A DNA stretch of 18,838 bases from sequence record KT945995.1; one strand, written 5' to 3'. Below, one piece after another: positions 7,300 to 15,913 of this stretch. The stretch is from Enterococcus phage vB_EfaP_IME199. A program made the translations under genes and the position numbers. The notes under the pieces were generated by a model, which was not told the DNA's origin, searched no databases, and saw only the letters and a list, made by a program, of their open reading frames with translations. The first letter of the stretch is position 1. Each line of letters opens with the position of its first letter.

Positions 7300-9051
7300 A
7301 TGAAGTTAAGTAAAGTAACGTTATACTACAATACACCGATGGTAGATTTTAACAATACGGTTCATTATGATAACACAACCCAATATAAAAATTGGTTAGA
7401 TAATACATTTGCTAAAAAGGAATTTGAAAAAGATTTTAACCTTGTTCGTGACCGTTTAACCATCAACGCCCCTATTCCGTACGCTGAGACGGAGGGGGTA
7501 AACTATGGTTGTTTTATTGACGGATTCACAGAAAAACCTCACTTTTTTTATGTCATGACGACCCAATATGTCAATGATCAAGTAACTTCTTTACAAATCG
7601 TTATTGATGTGATGGCTAGTTTTACACAAGGGACAGTTTTAGAAAATATACCTAATGTAACCATTCAAAGGCAACATTTACCAAGAGCTGAATACAATAA
7701 TCGCCTACAAGAGTTAAGAACAAATAGTGACATCTTAAAAACAACGACGAAGAAATATGTTCATTCTAAATCAGTTATTTGGAAAGAGTTGATGTGTGTC
7801 TTTCAGTGTAGTGTTGACTTAGAAGCAGAATTTGGAACGGAAAATAAACCTAAGATTAAACTCTCCAAAGGGGTGAAATATGATAAAATTGTCTCTCCTG
7901 TTGGTTTATATGCGATTGACTTAGATGATTTTAAAAACTTTTCCAATGATTTAAGTGATTTCCCTTGGATCGGTCAAAACATTAAATCAGTCATTTTAAT
8001 TCCTAAATCATTTATTGATACACAAGATTTATCATCTGCTAAATTTAATGGAAAAACGCATGATCATTTGAAAAAATTTGTTAATGGAGGGAATTCACAG
8101 AATCAATTAGTATCAGGGTTTTCTTGGACACCAGAACAAATTTTAGGTTATTTAGGTTTTCCCACAGACGAAAAACATTTATTAAGAAATGAATATGCCA
8201 CTCTTGAAGTCTATAATTGGACAGGTCAAAACATGGATTTAGATTTAGGTTTTTTACCTGAAACAGGTCTAAATTTCCAAATGGTTACGAGCATAGGGTA
8301 TGCCAATCAAATCTCTATTTTTCCCGTCAATTGGATGGCTAGTGGGGATAAAGATGAAGGACAGGTAGCTAAAGGTACGTTCTTAAACAATAGTTTAACA
8401 TATAACAACTGGACGGAAGTTCCTGTTTTAACTGATAACTATAAGTTAGGTTTAGCTAACAATGCAAACAGAAGAGCTTACGCGGAATCTCAATTATTAA
8501 CAGGACGAGTAAAAAATATCAAAAACACACTTGCCGATGATTCAATGAATTTTGTGGAAAAAGCAACAAATGTCTTCACAGATGCTTATGCCTTACTTGG
8601 TGGAGGGTTAAATCCTCTAACTATAGGTTCTAAGATTGCAGATGAACAGAACTTTTATCGCCAACAGAAAGCCGAGTTTGCTGATATGGCACTTACCTCA
8701 CCTTCTTTATCTAATCAATCAGGGGGAGAAGCGTTCTCCATAGCCAACGATTTGATGGGTTTTACTGTTAAACTGAGCGCTCCAAGCCATGCAGAAGTCA
8801 ATAAAATAAGACGTTACTATAAAACATTTGGCTATGCTTTTGAAGAACAAGGGAAAGTGCAATCACTACACTCCATGACCGTTGTCAATTACCTTCAAAT
8901 GGATGGAGTTTATACTATACCAAATATAGCTCCACAATTTATGCAACAAATCAAAGCATTATTACAGATAGGTGTTAAATTTTGGCATAATCCTAATAAT
9001 GTGAAAAACCCTTTTTCTCAAGATGTTCTTGAAAATAAAATTAGAATTTAA
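7300..9051 (+). CDS. Tail knob / distal tail tube protein (phi29 gp9-like)
   Basis: RBS is taaggagg. The N-terminal pattern YYNTPMVDFNNTVHYDNTTQYKNWLDNTF matches the gp9-family signature (NT..F...S..QYNWF). The size is 583 aa. It is the last structural gene before holin-lysin. Confidence 0.55.
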   Translation: MKLSKVTLYYNTPMVDFNNTVHYDNTTQYKNWLDNTFAKKEFEKDFNLVRDRLTINAPIPYAETEGVNYGCFIDGFTEKPHFFYVMTTQYVNDQVTSLQIVIDVMASFTQGTVLENIPNVTIQRQHLPRAEYNNRLQELRTNSDILKTTTKKYVHSKSVIWKELMCVFQCSVDLEAEFGTENKPKIKLSKGVKYDKIVSPVGLYAIDLDDFKNFSNDLSDFPWIGQNIKSVILIPKSFIDTQDLSSAKFNGKTHDHLKKFVNGGNSQNQLVSGFSWTPEQILGYLGFPTDEKHLLRNEYATLEVYNWTGQNMDLDLGFLPETGLNFQMVTSIGYANQISIFPVNWMASGDKDEGQVAKGTFLNNSLTYNNWTEVPVLTDNYKLGLANNANRRAYAESQLLTGRVKNIKNTLADDSMNFVEKATNVFTDAYALLGGGLNPLTIGSKIADEQNFYRQQKAEFADMALTSPSLSNQSGGEAFSIANDLMGFTVKLSAPSHAEVNKIRRYYKTFGYAFEEQGKVQSLHSMTVVNYLQMDGVYTIPNIAPQFMQQIKALLQIGVKFWHNPNNVKNPFSQDVLENKIRI

Positions 9052-9095
9052 TGAGAGTATATGTTATAATAGAAGCTATGAAGGGAGGTGATTCA

Positions 9096-9317
9096 ATGGA
9101 TCAATTTATCGAAAATTTATTAACAAATCCTAACGAGATTAGTTTTGCTGTATTGTTTTTTGGTTTATTTGTATGGGTAATGAAAACGAATAACGGACGT
9201 GAATTAAGATACCAAGAGACAATTCAAAAGTTAACAGATGCATTAGGAGATGTAGAGATCATTAAAACAATGATTGAAAATATCAGTGACAAATTTATTA
9301 AGGAGGAAAAAGAATGA
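9096..9317 (+). CDS. Holin, BhlA/UviB family (single N-terminal TM)
   Basis: The start is taken at ATG 9096 (RBS gggaggtga, then ttca, then ATG) in preference to 9051. FAVLFFGLFVWVMKTNNGRELRYQETIQKLTD matches the BhlA/UviB holin-like signature (FAVLF..LLFYVMK...RE). The gene lies immediately upstream of the lysin. Confidence 0.7.
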   Translation: MDQFIENLLTNPNEISFAVLFFGLFVWVMKTNNGRELRYQETIQKLTDALGDVEIIKTMIENISDKFIKEEKE

Positions 9318-10228
9318 TTACAAAAGGAATTGCTGGACGTAGACAAGGAAAAGTAAAAGGTGTTGTGATTCATAATGATGCTGGTTCAAATGGAGCAACT
9401 TGCTCTTTTTATAGAGGGTATTTAACTGATGCGAATGCCGCCTATGGTTTTGCACATTGGTATGTCGCTTCGGACGGTATTTTACAAGTGGAAGATGAAT
9501 CAAATATGGCATGGCATACAGCAAATAGCTATGGGAATGCCAATTTTATTGGGATTGAAGCTTGTCAGTCGATGGGGAACTTAGCTCAATTTTTAGAAAA
9601 TGAGAAACGGGCGATTAAATTAGCAGCTGAAATTTTAAAACGTCATGGTTTAACCCCAAATACAACGACTGTACGATTGCACAATACTTTTAGCTCAACC
9701 GCTTGTCCTCACCGCTCACAAGAGCAGCATGGGGCTGGTAGTAAAACACAAGCTTATTTTATTGCTGAAATAAAAAAACACATGAATGGGTCAACTCCCG
9801 CTCCTTCTAAACCAACAACGCCAAGTCAACATGATAAAGCAGTATCTGCAAGTCCAGCAAAACATCAAGGCAATGCATGGGGTAAACTTGATAAGTATCG
9901 TGAAGAGCCTGCTGGGAAAATTCGTGTGGCTGGTTGGTTAGTTCCTGATAAACCACAAGGCCCAATTGGAAAATATGCGTACGTCATCTTTATGCAACAT
10001 GGAACAAACAAAGAGTTGACACGTGTTCAATCTGCTGGCATTAAACGCCCAGACGTGAAGAAAGCATACAGCTATCAAGGTGGGCAAGAGCTTGGGTTTG
10101 ATGTAACTGTTAAGAAAGCTCAGTTCAAAGGTAAAAAAGTAGATGTTATCTTGCGTAGAGCGAATAAAGCTAATGGTGAAGTCGCAGTAAATGATGTTCG
10201 TATCGATTCTATCTATTTAACACTATAA
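9314..10228 (+). CDS. Endolysin: N-acetylmuramoyl-L-alanine amidase (amidase_2/PGRP) with a C-terminal wall-binding region
   Basis: RBS is taaggagg followed by aaaaaga and then ATG. GVVIHNDAGS...AHWYVASDGILQVEDESNMAWHTANSYGNANFIGIEACQ is a classic amidase_2 catalytic region. The ATGA start overlaps the holin stop. Confidence 0.85.
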   Translation: MITKGIAGRRQGKVKGVVIHNDAGSNGATCSFYRGYLTDANAAYGFAHWYVASDGILQVEDESNMAWHTANSYGNANFIGIEACQSMGNLAQFLENEKRAIKLAAEILKRHGLTPNTTTVRLHNTFSSTACPHRSQEQHGAGSKTQAYFIAEIKKHMNGSTPAPSKPTTPSQHDKAVSASPAKHQGNAWGKLDKYREEPAGKIRVAGWLVPDKPQGPIGKYAYVIFMQHGTNKELTRVQSAGIKRPDVKKAYSYQGGQELGFDVTVKKAQFKGKKVDVILRRANKANGEVAVNDVRIDSIYLTL

Positions 10229-10266
10229 AAGAAAAAAGGCTCGCCTATGGCGAGTCTCTTTTTTCG
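10227..10266. terminator. Bidirectional rho-independent terminator at the convergence point of the two arms
   Basis: An A-tract (aaaagaaaaaa) precedes the stem ggctcgcc / ggcgagtc. The stem is 8 bp with one G-U pair and a tat loop. A T-tract (tcttttttcgtttctttt) follows. The hairpin is flanked by A-runs and T-runs, so it reads as a terminator on both strands. Confidence 0.75.
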
Positions 10267-10291
10267 TTTCTTTTCTGGGGGCGATTTTTCT

Positions 10292-12295
10292 TTATGCATT
10301 AGGTGGAATACAGATACTTGAAATTCCTGAGGCACCAGAACCACTATAAGCCATCATATTATTCATTGTATACTGACGAGACCCACCCCACTGTTCTAAA
10401 ACAGTTAAACTATCCCCGTTTACTTTTTCAACGACTAACGTGTGTCCATAGGTTGGATCAGCTGACCAATTAAACCATGCAGAAGTTCCAGCCCCCATAG
10501 ATTCCGTAACGTTGGCACTTCTTCTTATGTTAAGGATACACCCTGGAACAATTTGAGAAAGAGAAGGGTTTTGTATCATATTCCAGCCATAAGCAGCCCA
10601 ATTATAACAAATACCAATATCAGCAGCAGCAGCTGTAGAGCCTTGACCTGTTAAACCTGTAATTCCGTATTTTGTTCCAGCTCCTAAGCCAGGCCCTCCT
10701 AAATACCCAGCATATTCAGCGCATAAACCGTAACACTGGCCATTACCTATCGTATTACCCATAAAAGAACGAATATGTGCTAAAGCTTGTTGTATGGAAG
10801 AACTAGGTGGTTTAGGGTCTGAAGGTGTAGGTGTAGGATTTTCTACTTCTTTTGGTGAATAAGGTCTAATAATCGCTATATCAGCGCAACCTAGAGCAGC
10901 TCGTTCAGATAGTTTGAATTTGGCTATCCCTTTACCCACTGTTTGACCATTTTTAGATGTTCTTTGACCGTTTTCCCAAGGATAGGCTTCCACACATTTG
11001 TCATCACCTAAAGCAATAAAATATTCTTTTCCTCCAGTGTCTACAGTTAAATTATCAGCACAACAAACGATGTCCCCTATCTGTAAATTTTTAGCAATGC
11101 TCCCCCAAACACCTCGATGTCTTACATATCCGGCAGCGTTGAATTTATTAAAGAAGTCTTTATGCGAAGAGCCTTTTAGTGATGGATGAATTGTTTGAAC
11201 ACACCAAGACATAAAACGAGCATTATCAGTCGCTCCATTATCTGGATTTCCATCTTTTGATTCATCGTATTTAACATCACTATCCACATATTTTAATGCT
11301 CTAGTTAATAAAATTTCTACTGTTTGATTCACCCCATTAGGCAAGTCATCTTGTACTTTTCCTGATTCTTCTAGCTCATTTTTTACTGTCTCGTTTAAGA
11401 CATCTGTTGCTTTTTTAACTTGTTCTTTGAACCAATCACCCGTAAAAACAAAGTCATTATTTACTTGTGTAAACATTAAACCTGTTTTTGAACCTCTAAT
11501 TTCTAAATTGGATTTAAAATAGCGTTGATCTAACAAACCCATAATCTGATCGATTGCTTTTTGAATAGCTTCCAAAATAGAGGAGGGATCAATGGAGTTT
11601 GTGCCACTCCCTTCTAATGGAATGTTTTGATTTGGTACATTAGGTTTAACATCAGGTTTTTCTGGTGGTGGAACAGTCCCACCACTTCCAGAACCTCCAG
11701 AACCTGTTATTGTTGCTCCCATCTCGTTTAAATAATCCGTACATTGTTGCATAGGGTTGCCGTAGTCTTTCATGCCGTTAACACTAGCCTTCAATGCTGG
11801 GGGGTAGTAATAAGACCAAGTACTTGCTGCGGTCATAGCCACATAAGCCCTTTTGATTGTTCCTATTGGTGTTTTTGCATAATCCGCATTACCTGATTGA
11901 ATAACATCAGTAGGGACACAGTTTACAGGATAAGCGACATCTATCCATGCTGGCTGATAAGCTGTTGAGTTGGCTGTTTTTATTGTAGCTTTTGCATATG
12001 CGACGGCTTTTTCTGGTTCTGTACCTGTTACATCACTCTCTAAATAGTGATTACCCCACGACATTGTGTCATTATAACCTTCAGCCTTTTCTTTTACTGT
12101 AAACAAAGCTGGAGACATTCCAGCATTTTTAACAGCGTTTAATACAGCTAAACATTGTTCTTTATTGTCTTTAAATTTATACCAAAAACGAGAGCCTGGC
12201 ATATTGTTAGCTATATAATTATAAAGTGTATCCATTGATAATCCGAAAGACTCATCTATTTTAGCATTAGCGAAGTCTTGTTTTGTTATAGCCAT
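10292..12295 (-). CDS. Tail-associated peptidoglycan hydrolase (virion lysin) with a C-terminal CHAP domain and probably a second Cys/His peptidase or lytic domain
   Basis: The 667-aa product has a C-terminus NGQCYGLCAEYAGYL...YGHTLVVEKV, which is the CHAP Cys...His signature. A central segment SWCVQTIHP...GDIVCC is a possible second peptidase. A Gly/Ser-Pro linker (GSGGSGSGGTVPPPEKPDVKP) separates the domains. RBS is aagggag. Confidence 0.7.
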   Translation of the reverse strand: MAITKQDFANAKIDESFGLSMDTLYNYIANNMPGSRFWYKFKDNKEQCLAVLNAVKNAGMSPALFTVKEKAEGYNDTMSWGNHYLESDVTGTEPEKAVAYAKATIKTANSTAYQPAWIDVAYPVNCVPTDVIQSGNADYAKTPIGTIKRAYVAMTAASTWSYYYPPALKASVNGMKDYGNPMQQCTDYLNEMGATITGSGGSGSGGTVPPPEKPDVKPNVPNQNIPLEGSGTNSIDPSSILEAIQKAIDQIMGLLDQRYFKSNLEIRGSKTGLMFTQVNNDFVFTGDWFKEQVKKATDVLNETVKNELEESGKVQDDLPNGVNQTVEILLTRALKYVDSDVKYDESKDGNPDNGATDNARFMSWCVQTIHPSLKGSSHKDFFNKFNAAGYVRHRGVWGSIAKNLQIGDIVCCADNLTVDTGGKEYFIALGDDKCVEAYPWENGQRTSKNGQTVGKGIAKFKLSERAALGCADIAIIRPYSPKEVENPTPTPSDPKPPSSSIQQALAHIRSFMGNTIGNGQCYGLCAEYAGYLGGPGLGAGTKYGITGLTGQGSTAAAADIGICYNWAAYGWNMIQNPSLSQIVPGCILNIRRSANVTESMGAGTSAWFNWSADPTYGHTLVVEKVNGDSLTVLEQWGGSRQYTMNNMMAYSGSGASGISSICIPPNA

Positions 12296-12297
12296 AA

Positions 12298-12852
12298 TTA
12301 CACTCCCTTATATTCTTCTGATAAACGTCCCTTTACTGTAAAATACAACCCTTTATAAGGTAATTGAAACATAAAAGAACGTTTTATTTGTGCGGTGTAA
12401 TATCCTTCATCAATTGCCTCTCTAAAGGATTTGAACTCTTTTACTAAATTACCGTCAATATCTCTGGCTTCAATAGGGAAACCTTGAGAGTATTGTGTAT
12501 TCTCTTTTGGTGTCATCCATTCTAAATTAAGACGATAGTTGTTCGATTTTATCTCGTCTTTATGATTCACTTGAGTTTTGTTCTCAGGGTTAGGAATGAA
12601 GTTGTTTGCCACAAGACGGTGGATATAATGATAGGTTCGTTCCCCTTCATCATAAAATTGAACCTCCAGATAGCCGTTCGATTTACGTAATTTAGGTTTT
12701 AACAGTCTTTTTGTTTTCTTATTCCTTACATCACCCAGCTCGCTTACTTCGTAGTTATCATTTTCTTTACATGTAAGCCAAACAAGGGGTTTTGTATTCA
12801 TGTAATTTGTTTCTGTGTTCAAAGCATTTTTTAAGTTATCTTTTACTGTCAT
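12298..12852 (-). mobile_element. Free-standing HNH homing endonuclease (NUMOD4-like N-terminus plus HNH_3, I-HmuI-like)
   Basis: YEVSELGDVRNKKTKRLLKP...NGYLEVQF is the NUMOD4/YEVSN pattern. HYIHRLVANNFIPNPENKTQVNHKDEIKSNNYRLNLEWMTPKEN is the HNH core (H..H.LVA...NH.D..K.NN...NLEW.T..EN). RBS is tggagaaaatta followed by ATG. The start overlaps the upstream HTH gene by 17 nt. Confidence 0.85.
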
Positions 12853-13078
12853 TAATTTTCTCCATTTCGTTAGTGATTTTTGTAAGGTATTCTGTAAAGT
12901 TTAGATTTAACCGTTCGGCGAATAGTCTCATTCGATCAAGTGTTGGATTCAATTCTTTTTGTTTAGCTAGAGAAATATTGTTACCAACCACCTTTGAAAT
13001 AGTTGTTTTCTGTTCTTCGATTAAGACATCCATAGCAGTCCAAAAACGTCTTAATAATTCAGCTCTTTCTTTATTCAT
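12836..13078 (-). CDS. Small XRE-family helix-turn-helix transcriptional regulator (80 aa)
   Basis: TISKVVGNNISLAKQKELNPTLDRMRLFAERLNLNFTEYL follows the XRE HTH consensus (T...A...G.S...IS..E.G...P....L..LA..L.V....L). RBS is ttggagg. Confidence 0.7.
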   Translation of the reverse strand: MNKERAELLRRFWTAMDVLIEEQKTTISKVVGNNISLAKQKELNPTLDRMRLFAERLNLNFTEYLTKITNEMEKINDSKR

Positions 13079-13140
13079 AATGTTACTAAACCTCCAAGTT
13101 TTAATAGTTTTTTTAGTTGTTCTTTTATTTTATTAAGCAT

Positions 13141-13293
13141 TTAAATTTCCTCCTGTACGTCAATCACCTGACAAAAGGAATCTTCCTCTTGGGTGAAAAT
13201 AACCTCTGCCTCCAAAGCTGATTGGGCAAAGATATAGGTTTCCATTGTTTGACCTTCCCAAGCATCATAATAAGTTATTTTAAAATTTTTCAT
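13141..13293 (-). CDS. Small acidic hypothetical protein (50 aa, MKNFKITYYDAWEGQTMETYIFAQSALEAEVIFTQEEDSFCQVIDVQEEI). It is not in the ORF track
   Basis: Its start overlaps the stop of the 64-aa gene as ATGA. RBS is aaggag. It fills the gap between the 64-aa gene and the HTH gene on the coding strand. Confidence 0.45.
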   Translation of the reverse strand: MKNFKITYYDAWEGQTMETYIFAQSALEAEVIFTQEEDSFCQVIDVQEEI

Positions 13294-13484
13294 AGTATAG
13301 TGATCTCCTTAATCGATTTGTAGGTGAAATCTAAGCCTTGTCTTTGTGCCATATTCATGAAGCGATGTTGTGCATGCGAAGAAGTTTCTCCTTTTACAAA
13401 ATAATTAATTTCTGCTGTTCCTAGTAGAACTGTTACCTCATAAACCTTTTCTTGTAAATAATCATATTCTTTAATCATTTTCAT
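13290..13484 (-). CDS. Hypothetical early protein (64 aa)
   Basis: It lies directly downstream of a near-consensus extended -10 promoter. It is the first gene of a tightly packed operon. The upstream sequence gagagagagggg acts as an RBS-like element. Confidence 0.6.
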   Translation of the reverse strand: MKMIKEYDYLQEKVYEVTVLLGTAEINYFVKGETSSHAQHRFMNMAQRQGLDFTYKSIKEITIL

Positions 13485-13516
13485 TACCCCTCTCTCTCTT
13501 ATGAATTAACTATAAC

Positions 13517-13540
13517 CCATTATAACATATATGTCAACAT
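13517..13540 (-). promoter_or_regulatory. Early promoter: extended -10 TGT-TATAAT preceded by the palindrome ACATATATGT
   Basis: The minus strand reads ttgacatatatgTTATAATgg. The -10 is at 13524..13519. The 18-nt block ACATATATGTTATAATGG is identical to the block upstream of the polymerase gene. Confidence 0.55.
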
Positions 13541-13556
13541 AAAGGTTTAAAATAAT

Positions 13557-15896
13557 TCAAGAAATATTATTTCTAATATCTCCTGAATCGTAATAAAGTC
13601 CAGCCAAACTTTCTTTTCCTGTTTCGTATTCGAATGGATAGACGTCTTTAAGTGCCATTGAACCTAATTCGTATTCAATATAAAGCATATCGTTATCGTC
13701 TTCTTTGTCTAATTGTTCTCTCATTTTGTTTTTAACGTATTGTTCAATTAATTCGTCTTCATCTGTATAATTCGTAGGGTATTTACCCCCTTCATCTAAG
13801 GTTGTTGAGCTTTCGTAAATGACCACCGTTCCTTCTTTTGTATTAATTGATCGATTATTAGGCATTGAGACACCTTTATTGAATTGAAGATCGATAAATT
13901 GTTTAAAAGTCATATCTGTATTAAAAGCTGTTTCAGGAATTCCACCACAATGAAAAACAATTCCATTATCGTAAAAAGCGTATTTTTTATGATTTAGTAC
14001 GTAAAATTCGGTAATTAAATTGTGTTCAATATCCCATGAACCTAAATTCATAGGGTGAAACATTTCTTTTGGCAATTTTTGTAAAATATAGCGTTTCATA
14101 TAAAGACTATCTGTATCACAATATAAAAAAGCGTCATCTATTTCCTCGCTTGTTAAATATTGTAATGGTTGAGTTAACCTCCATAAAGCACCTCCTGTTG
14201 TAAAAACACTTGTCATAGCGTTACGTTCTGTATTAAGATACCCGTTCCTTTGAACGTGTAAATGACCGTCTTCATCACGATAGCCGATAGAATATGCCGG
14301 TTTTAAAGCTGGTGCTCCATATATTCCATTAAGGTTTACTTTAGCAATATCAATCATTTGTTTAGTGAAGACTTTTTCGTTTGTTTGGTCTTTATGGACA
14401 ATAATGTTCATTGGGTTGTTATCAACAAATTCTACGACATTTTTTGCTTTTCCTTGCGTTTTTGTGAAATAAAACTCAGTGATAGCGTCTCTGGCTCCAA
14501 AATATTCCACGCTAAACTCGAACCATTGTTCACATTCAATCTCTGAAATGTCAATATGAAAATTCTCTTTTAACATTTTAAATGTCCAAGTTGTCACATA
14601 AACAAACTCACCTTCTCTTCTAAAATACTTCGTTAACATTTGTTTCACTACACGACTATTTATTAAGTCTAAAATTCTGTTAAAAGTTACTTTTGTTAGT
14701 TTGTATAGAGTAAATTCTTCATATAAATTTGTTGACACTTTCTTAATACAGGGGTGTTCATAGTGGTTGCGAATAAGAAAAGGCATAGGAAACTCATACA
14801 TAATAGAGGGATAAGAACTGTTAATATCAAAACTGATAAACTCTCCGGTTAATAGTTTACCAACATACTCTTGATTATAAAAATTAAGTCCACCTTTGTA
14901 AAAGTTCTGAATGATTTTAGCTAGATTCTCTCCTTGCACTTCGTAATCGCTGTAATTGACCTCATAAATCTCAGGTCTTAAATCTGTCTCACCCTGCACT
15001 GTTATTTTTCCTAATATTTGATATTCTGCTAATCGGTTACGTTTATAAGCGTTGATAATGTTTTGAGTTTTGGTTTGTTTTTTAAAGTCAAATCCCGGAA
15101 ATATTTTGTCAAAGTCTCGCCTTAAAGAAGATAGAATATATGTGTCATTAGCAATGTAAATCCACTCTTCTTCTGATAGGTCTTGAAATAAGTTTAAAGC
15201 TAAAACCTCAGCTTCTAAGTCTGTCATGTCTTCTTGGTAGTGATATTTTGAGTAATCAAAAGAAGTTTTTAGTTTATCTTCTGTAATACATCCAGCAGAT
15301 TTTAACATTTCACCGCATACAGCTAAGGAACAACCTGTTTTCATAACTGTATCGTAAGTATCAATTTGTAAATCTTGTATAACAGCTGAAAAAGAGAGAT
15401 GAGACATTCCTTTTACACGTTTTTCCAAAATGTAATTTTCTGTTGTCTCACCTTTTGTCATATGTTTACCCAAATTTATTTTTACTTTACTTTTGTCATC
15501 TTCCCAATTTTTATAGTTAGCTTGATAGGTTTCATGTATTTCTTTTGCTAGAAAGTGATTGTCAAACTTATTTCCATTATGAACGTAAAAATTTACCCTT
15601 TTGAATCCACTTCTTTTCGATTTACCTTTAGATTTTCCAGCGTAAGGTAGTAAATAATCATCAATGAAAAATTTTATAGAAGGTGTAGACATGGTATAGA
15701 TACGCCCTGTTTCGTCATACCAACTCGCTGTAAAAGTAAACATTCTGCTCTTCATTAAGGTTGGTGCTTTCCTATTCATTTTCATGTTATATGAAAAAGT
15801 TTCAATATCTATATCAAAATGGTGCGTTTTTGATTTTTTAAGATATTTAATTAAATCATCTTCCGTTGTATTGTCTAACCATTGTACGAATTTCAT
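13557..15896 (-). CDS. Protein-primed family-B DNA polymerase (779 aa)
   Basis: Exo I is FDIDIETF. Exo II is YVHNGNKFDNHFL. Exo III is YIANDTYIL. Motif A is DINSSYPS. Motif B is KVNLNGIYG. Motif C is LYCDTDS. The KKYAFY motif is also present. RBS is ggaggtga. Confidence 0.95.
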   Translation of the reverse strand: MKFVQWLDNTTEDDLIKYLKKSKTHHFDIDIETFSYNMKMNRKAPTLMKSRMFTFTASWYDETGRIYTMSTPSIKFFIDDYLLPYAGKSKGKSKRSGFKRVNFYVHNGNKFDNHFLAKEIHETYQANYKNWEDDKSKVKINLGKHMTKGETTENYILEKRVKGMSHLSFSAVIQDLQIDTYDTVMKTGCSLAVCGEMLKSAGCITEDKLKTSFDYSKYHYQEDMTDLEAEVLALNLFQDLSEEEWIYIANDTYILSSLRRDFDKIFPGFDFKKQTKTQNIINAYKRNRLAEYQILGKITVQGETDLRPEIYEVNYSDYEVQGENLAKIIQNFYKGGLNFYNQEYVGKLLTGEFISFDINSSYPSIMYEFPMPFLIRNHYEHPCIKKVSTNLYEEFTLYKLTKVTFNRILDLINSRVVKQMLTKYFRREGEFVYVTTWTFKMLKENFHIDISEIECEQWFEFSVEYFGARDAITEFYFTKTQGKAKNVVEFVDNNPMNIIVHKDQTNEKVFTKQMIDIAKVNLNGIYGAPALKPAYSIGYRDEDGHLHVQRNGYLNTERNAMTSVFTTGGALWRLTQPLQYLTSEEIDDAFLYCDTDSLYMKRYILQKLPKEMFHPMNLGSWDIEHNLITEFYVLNHKKYAFYDNGIVFHCGGIPETAFNTDMTFKQFIDLQFNKGVSMPNNRSINTKEGTVVIYESSTTLDEGGKYPTNYTDEDELIEQYVKNKMREQLDKEDDNDMLYIEYELGSMALKDVYPFEYETGKESLAGLYYDSGDIRNNIS

Positions 15897-15913
15897 CCTA
15901 TCACCTCCAAACC

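Noticed and set aside
9051-9095. Upstream ATG start (9051) for the holin
   Set aside because: There is no RBS at 9051. ATG 9096 is preceded by gggaggtga, and the 74-aa product matches BhlA/UviB family sizes.
9318-9524. 68-aa ORF on the minus strand
   Set aside because: It is antisense to the endolysin gene. It has no RBS and a His-rich, low-complexity translation.
10998-11189. 63-aa ORF on the plus strand
   Set aside because: It is antisense inside the 667-aa hydrolase gene and lies downstream of the bidirectional terminator, with no promoter or RBS.
12836-13078. The XRE regulator as evidence of a temperate lifestyle
   Set aside because: No integrase, excisionase or attachment site is present, and the genome has terminal-protein-type ends. 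A Cro-like regulator alone does not imply lysogeny.
12792-13136. 114-aa ORF on the plus strand
   Set aside because: It is antisense to the HNH and HTH genes. Its hydrophobic translation is low-complexity, which is typical of an AT-rich antisense frame. It has no RBS.
14358-14546. 62-aa ORF on the plus strand
   Set aside because: It is antisense inside the DNA polymerase gene.
14732-14741. Second copy of TTGACACTTT (also at 237-246) inside the polymerase gene
   Set aside because: The match is only a 10-mer with no dyad partner and it lies within coding sequence. It is probably coincidence.
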